From Guillardia theta CCMP2712 (lineage: Eukaryota; Protista; Cryptophyta), in the NCBI RefSeq assembly GCF_000315625.1, contig NW_005434667.1, forward strand, positions 172,427 to 212,754: DNA of 40,328 nt, read 5' to 3'. The translations under genes were made by a program, and so were the position numbers. This document shows positions 38,717 through 40,328 of this stretch, in pieces. Within the stretch, counting starts at the first letter, position 1. Every line of letters starts with the position of its first letter. The notes beneath the pieces were generated by a model. That model had not been told where the DNA came from, did not search any database, and saw only the letters and a program-made list of their open reading frames with translations.

Positions 38717-39124
38717 ATGGCTGATAGCAGCGAATACTCGGCAGTTGCTACTGATGAAAACGTCAAGGAGCTTGTCTTGCAAGAGGGAGAAGATATTGAT
38801 TACAGGATTGTATTTGGTTTCTACTTGCTCGCAGATATCAGTAAGACCATCTGTGCATTGCTAAGTTCCGCAGCGACTAAATGTTTGCTTCAGTCTTCGT
38901 CTTGTTGTTTTTGTTCGCACGAAAAGATGGATACTGGGTGGTTGTAGCGCCCTTCCTTCCTCTTACATTCTGGATGGGTATGAAGGTACAGCAACCCGAA
39001 TCTCTTTAACTTAGTGATGATGGTATTTTCACAGGTGAAGAACCAATTGGAAAATCAAAAGAAAAAAGTAAAACAGAATGACTATGCCTATAGCCATCTT
39101 CAAATCTTTATGAAGACAGCTTGA
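38717..39124 (+). CDS. Small two-TM hypothetical membrane protein (~100 aa)
   Basis: Three exons joined in frame: MADSSEYSAV..YRIVFGFYLLADI|IFVLLFLFARKDGYWVVVAPFLPLTFWMGMK|VKNQLENQKKK..KTA*. Confidence 0.55.
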
Positions 39125-39229
39125 TTGGTTTTGATGTATTGTAATTTAAAGCAGTTCCTTGCATCTGCGAACTGAAACGATTTACTTTGTTAAGATTGAA
39201 GAGAGAAGAGCAGCAAGAATGAATTTCAA

Positions 39230-39878
39230 TGTCTCACCAAACATCAGGTCGTCTTGGGCTGAATATGCTCGATTGAGGATGAGGATCTTCTCATCTTGTC
39301 TCACTGCTTTCCATCTAAGATTATTCGCCTGCTATCAGCATCAGCTCCCTCACGCCCCCGTACAGTAAAACTCACTGTTGGGCCCTCGACCAATCCAGAA
39401 TTTTCAAGAGCATCTATCCTACGAAGCAGCGAAGCGCAAACGTCGACGGTCCATGGTCTGGAAGAAGACAGGATCATGTCCACGAAACTGCAGCAGCTCG
39501 TTCACATGTCTCGAGGTTGTGTGTAGCTTCGTGTCACGTTGACTTGCCCCGGCTCTTGCATCAACGGGACATGTGCCGGGGTCGCAGATGTCTTGCTCTC
39601 CTTGTGGCTGATCTCTGACAAGTTGATCTCATCTCCTCCCAGTCGACAACCGAAGACTATCACAACATACCTCCCGGTAAGTTGAAAGATGCCGGCGCTG
39701 CACCGAAAACTTGTTCGAGTTCTGCATTGAACTCGTCGACGGCATCGTAGCCATGCACGCTCTTCGTCCTGCCATCGTCTGCTGACGACTCCATCCATCT
39801 CACAGCCATGTCCGGCAACTCTCCTCGCGCTAAAACTCTTCCTCTCACTGTTCTTCCTCCTCTCATCCAGCCCATCAT
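39230..39878 (-). CDS. Hypothetical protein, possibly mitochondrion-targeted (3' end uncertain)
   Basis: Arg-rich N-terminus MMGWMRGGRTVRGRVLARG, then AVDEFNAELEQVFG. Phase-consistent short introns follow (G|DEINL.., DI|PWTVDV..). Confidence 0.4.
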
Positions 39879-40328
39879 TCGCCATGCCTTGAGCATTTCT
39901 TGTTATGAGGTAGAATACCACAGGGGGTGGGGTACTAAAAGGGATTCGAGGGGGTGGGAGCGCAATTGAAATTGAAATAAACCAGACCCGCCTCTGTGAT
40001 ATATTTAGGAAATATTGAAAGGCAGAAAAATTTGTTAACAAATATCTAGGGCAGCGAAACCTCGATCAAAGATGGCTGAAATGCCGCACACCTGAAGCTG
40101 CGGGCCTGGGCCATGCAGTCGGGAGGAGGCGAACTGGTGAGAGTGGGATGTGATGACAGAGGAGGAGAAAGGAGGGAGGAAGGATGAGAGAGGAGGAAGG
40201 ATGAGAGAGGACGGAGGACGGAGGACGGAGGAGGGGGAGGGGGGGGAGGAGGAGCGAGCAGCGAGCAGCGAGGAGAGAGCGAGGCGAGGAGAGGAGGAAG
40301 AGGAGAGAGGAGAGAGGAGAGAGGAGGA

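Overview
This is a gene-dense, intron-rich eukaryotic nuclear scaffold. The ~45-55-nt introns, an SP+LRLRGG presequence and a polybasic SEA-like surface module suggest a cryptophyte alga (inference only). There are two 100-N gaps. Hand-splicing gives about 13 gene models. In order: the 3' end of an amidohydrolase (+), a large mucin-like single-pass protein with cytosolic EF-hands, PB1 and Ig-like domains (+), VPS16 (-), RPL14 (-), a GRAM-VASt-TM (LAM/GRAMD1-type) sterol-transfer gene (+) carrying an embedded, frameshifted ammonium-transporter fragment next to a gap, a PH-domain protein (+), eIF3a (-), NOG2/GNL2 (+), a LOA1/VPS66-like acyltransferase (-), an SP+LRLRGG protein (+), an ankyrin protein (-) and two small hypothetical genes. 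Most long ORFs in the supplied track are artefacts of intronic microsatellites or antisense shadows. The most interesting points are the mucin-SEA-TM-EF-hand-PB1-Ig receptor architecture, the long structured RPL14 first intron with an apparent AT-AG boundary and snoRNA-like elements, strand-oriented GGGGT(A/G) motif clouds upstream of genes, and CCGG-rich intergenic islands. All gene models were spliced by eye without database searches, so boundaries marked approximate need RNA-seq confirmation.
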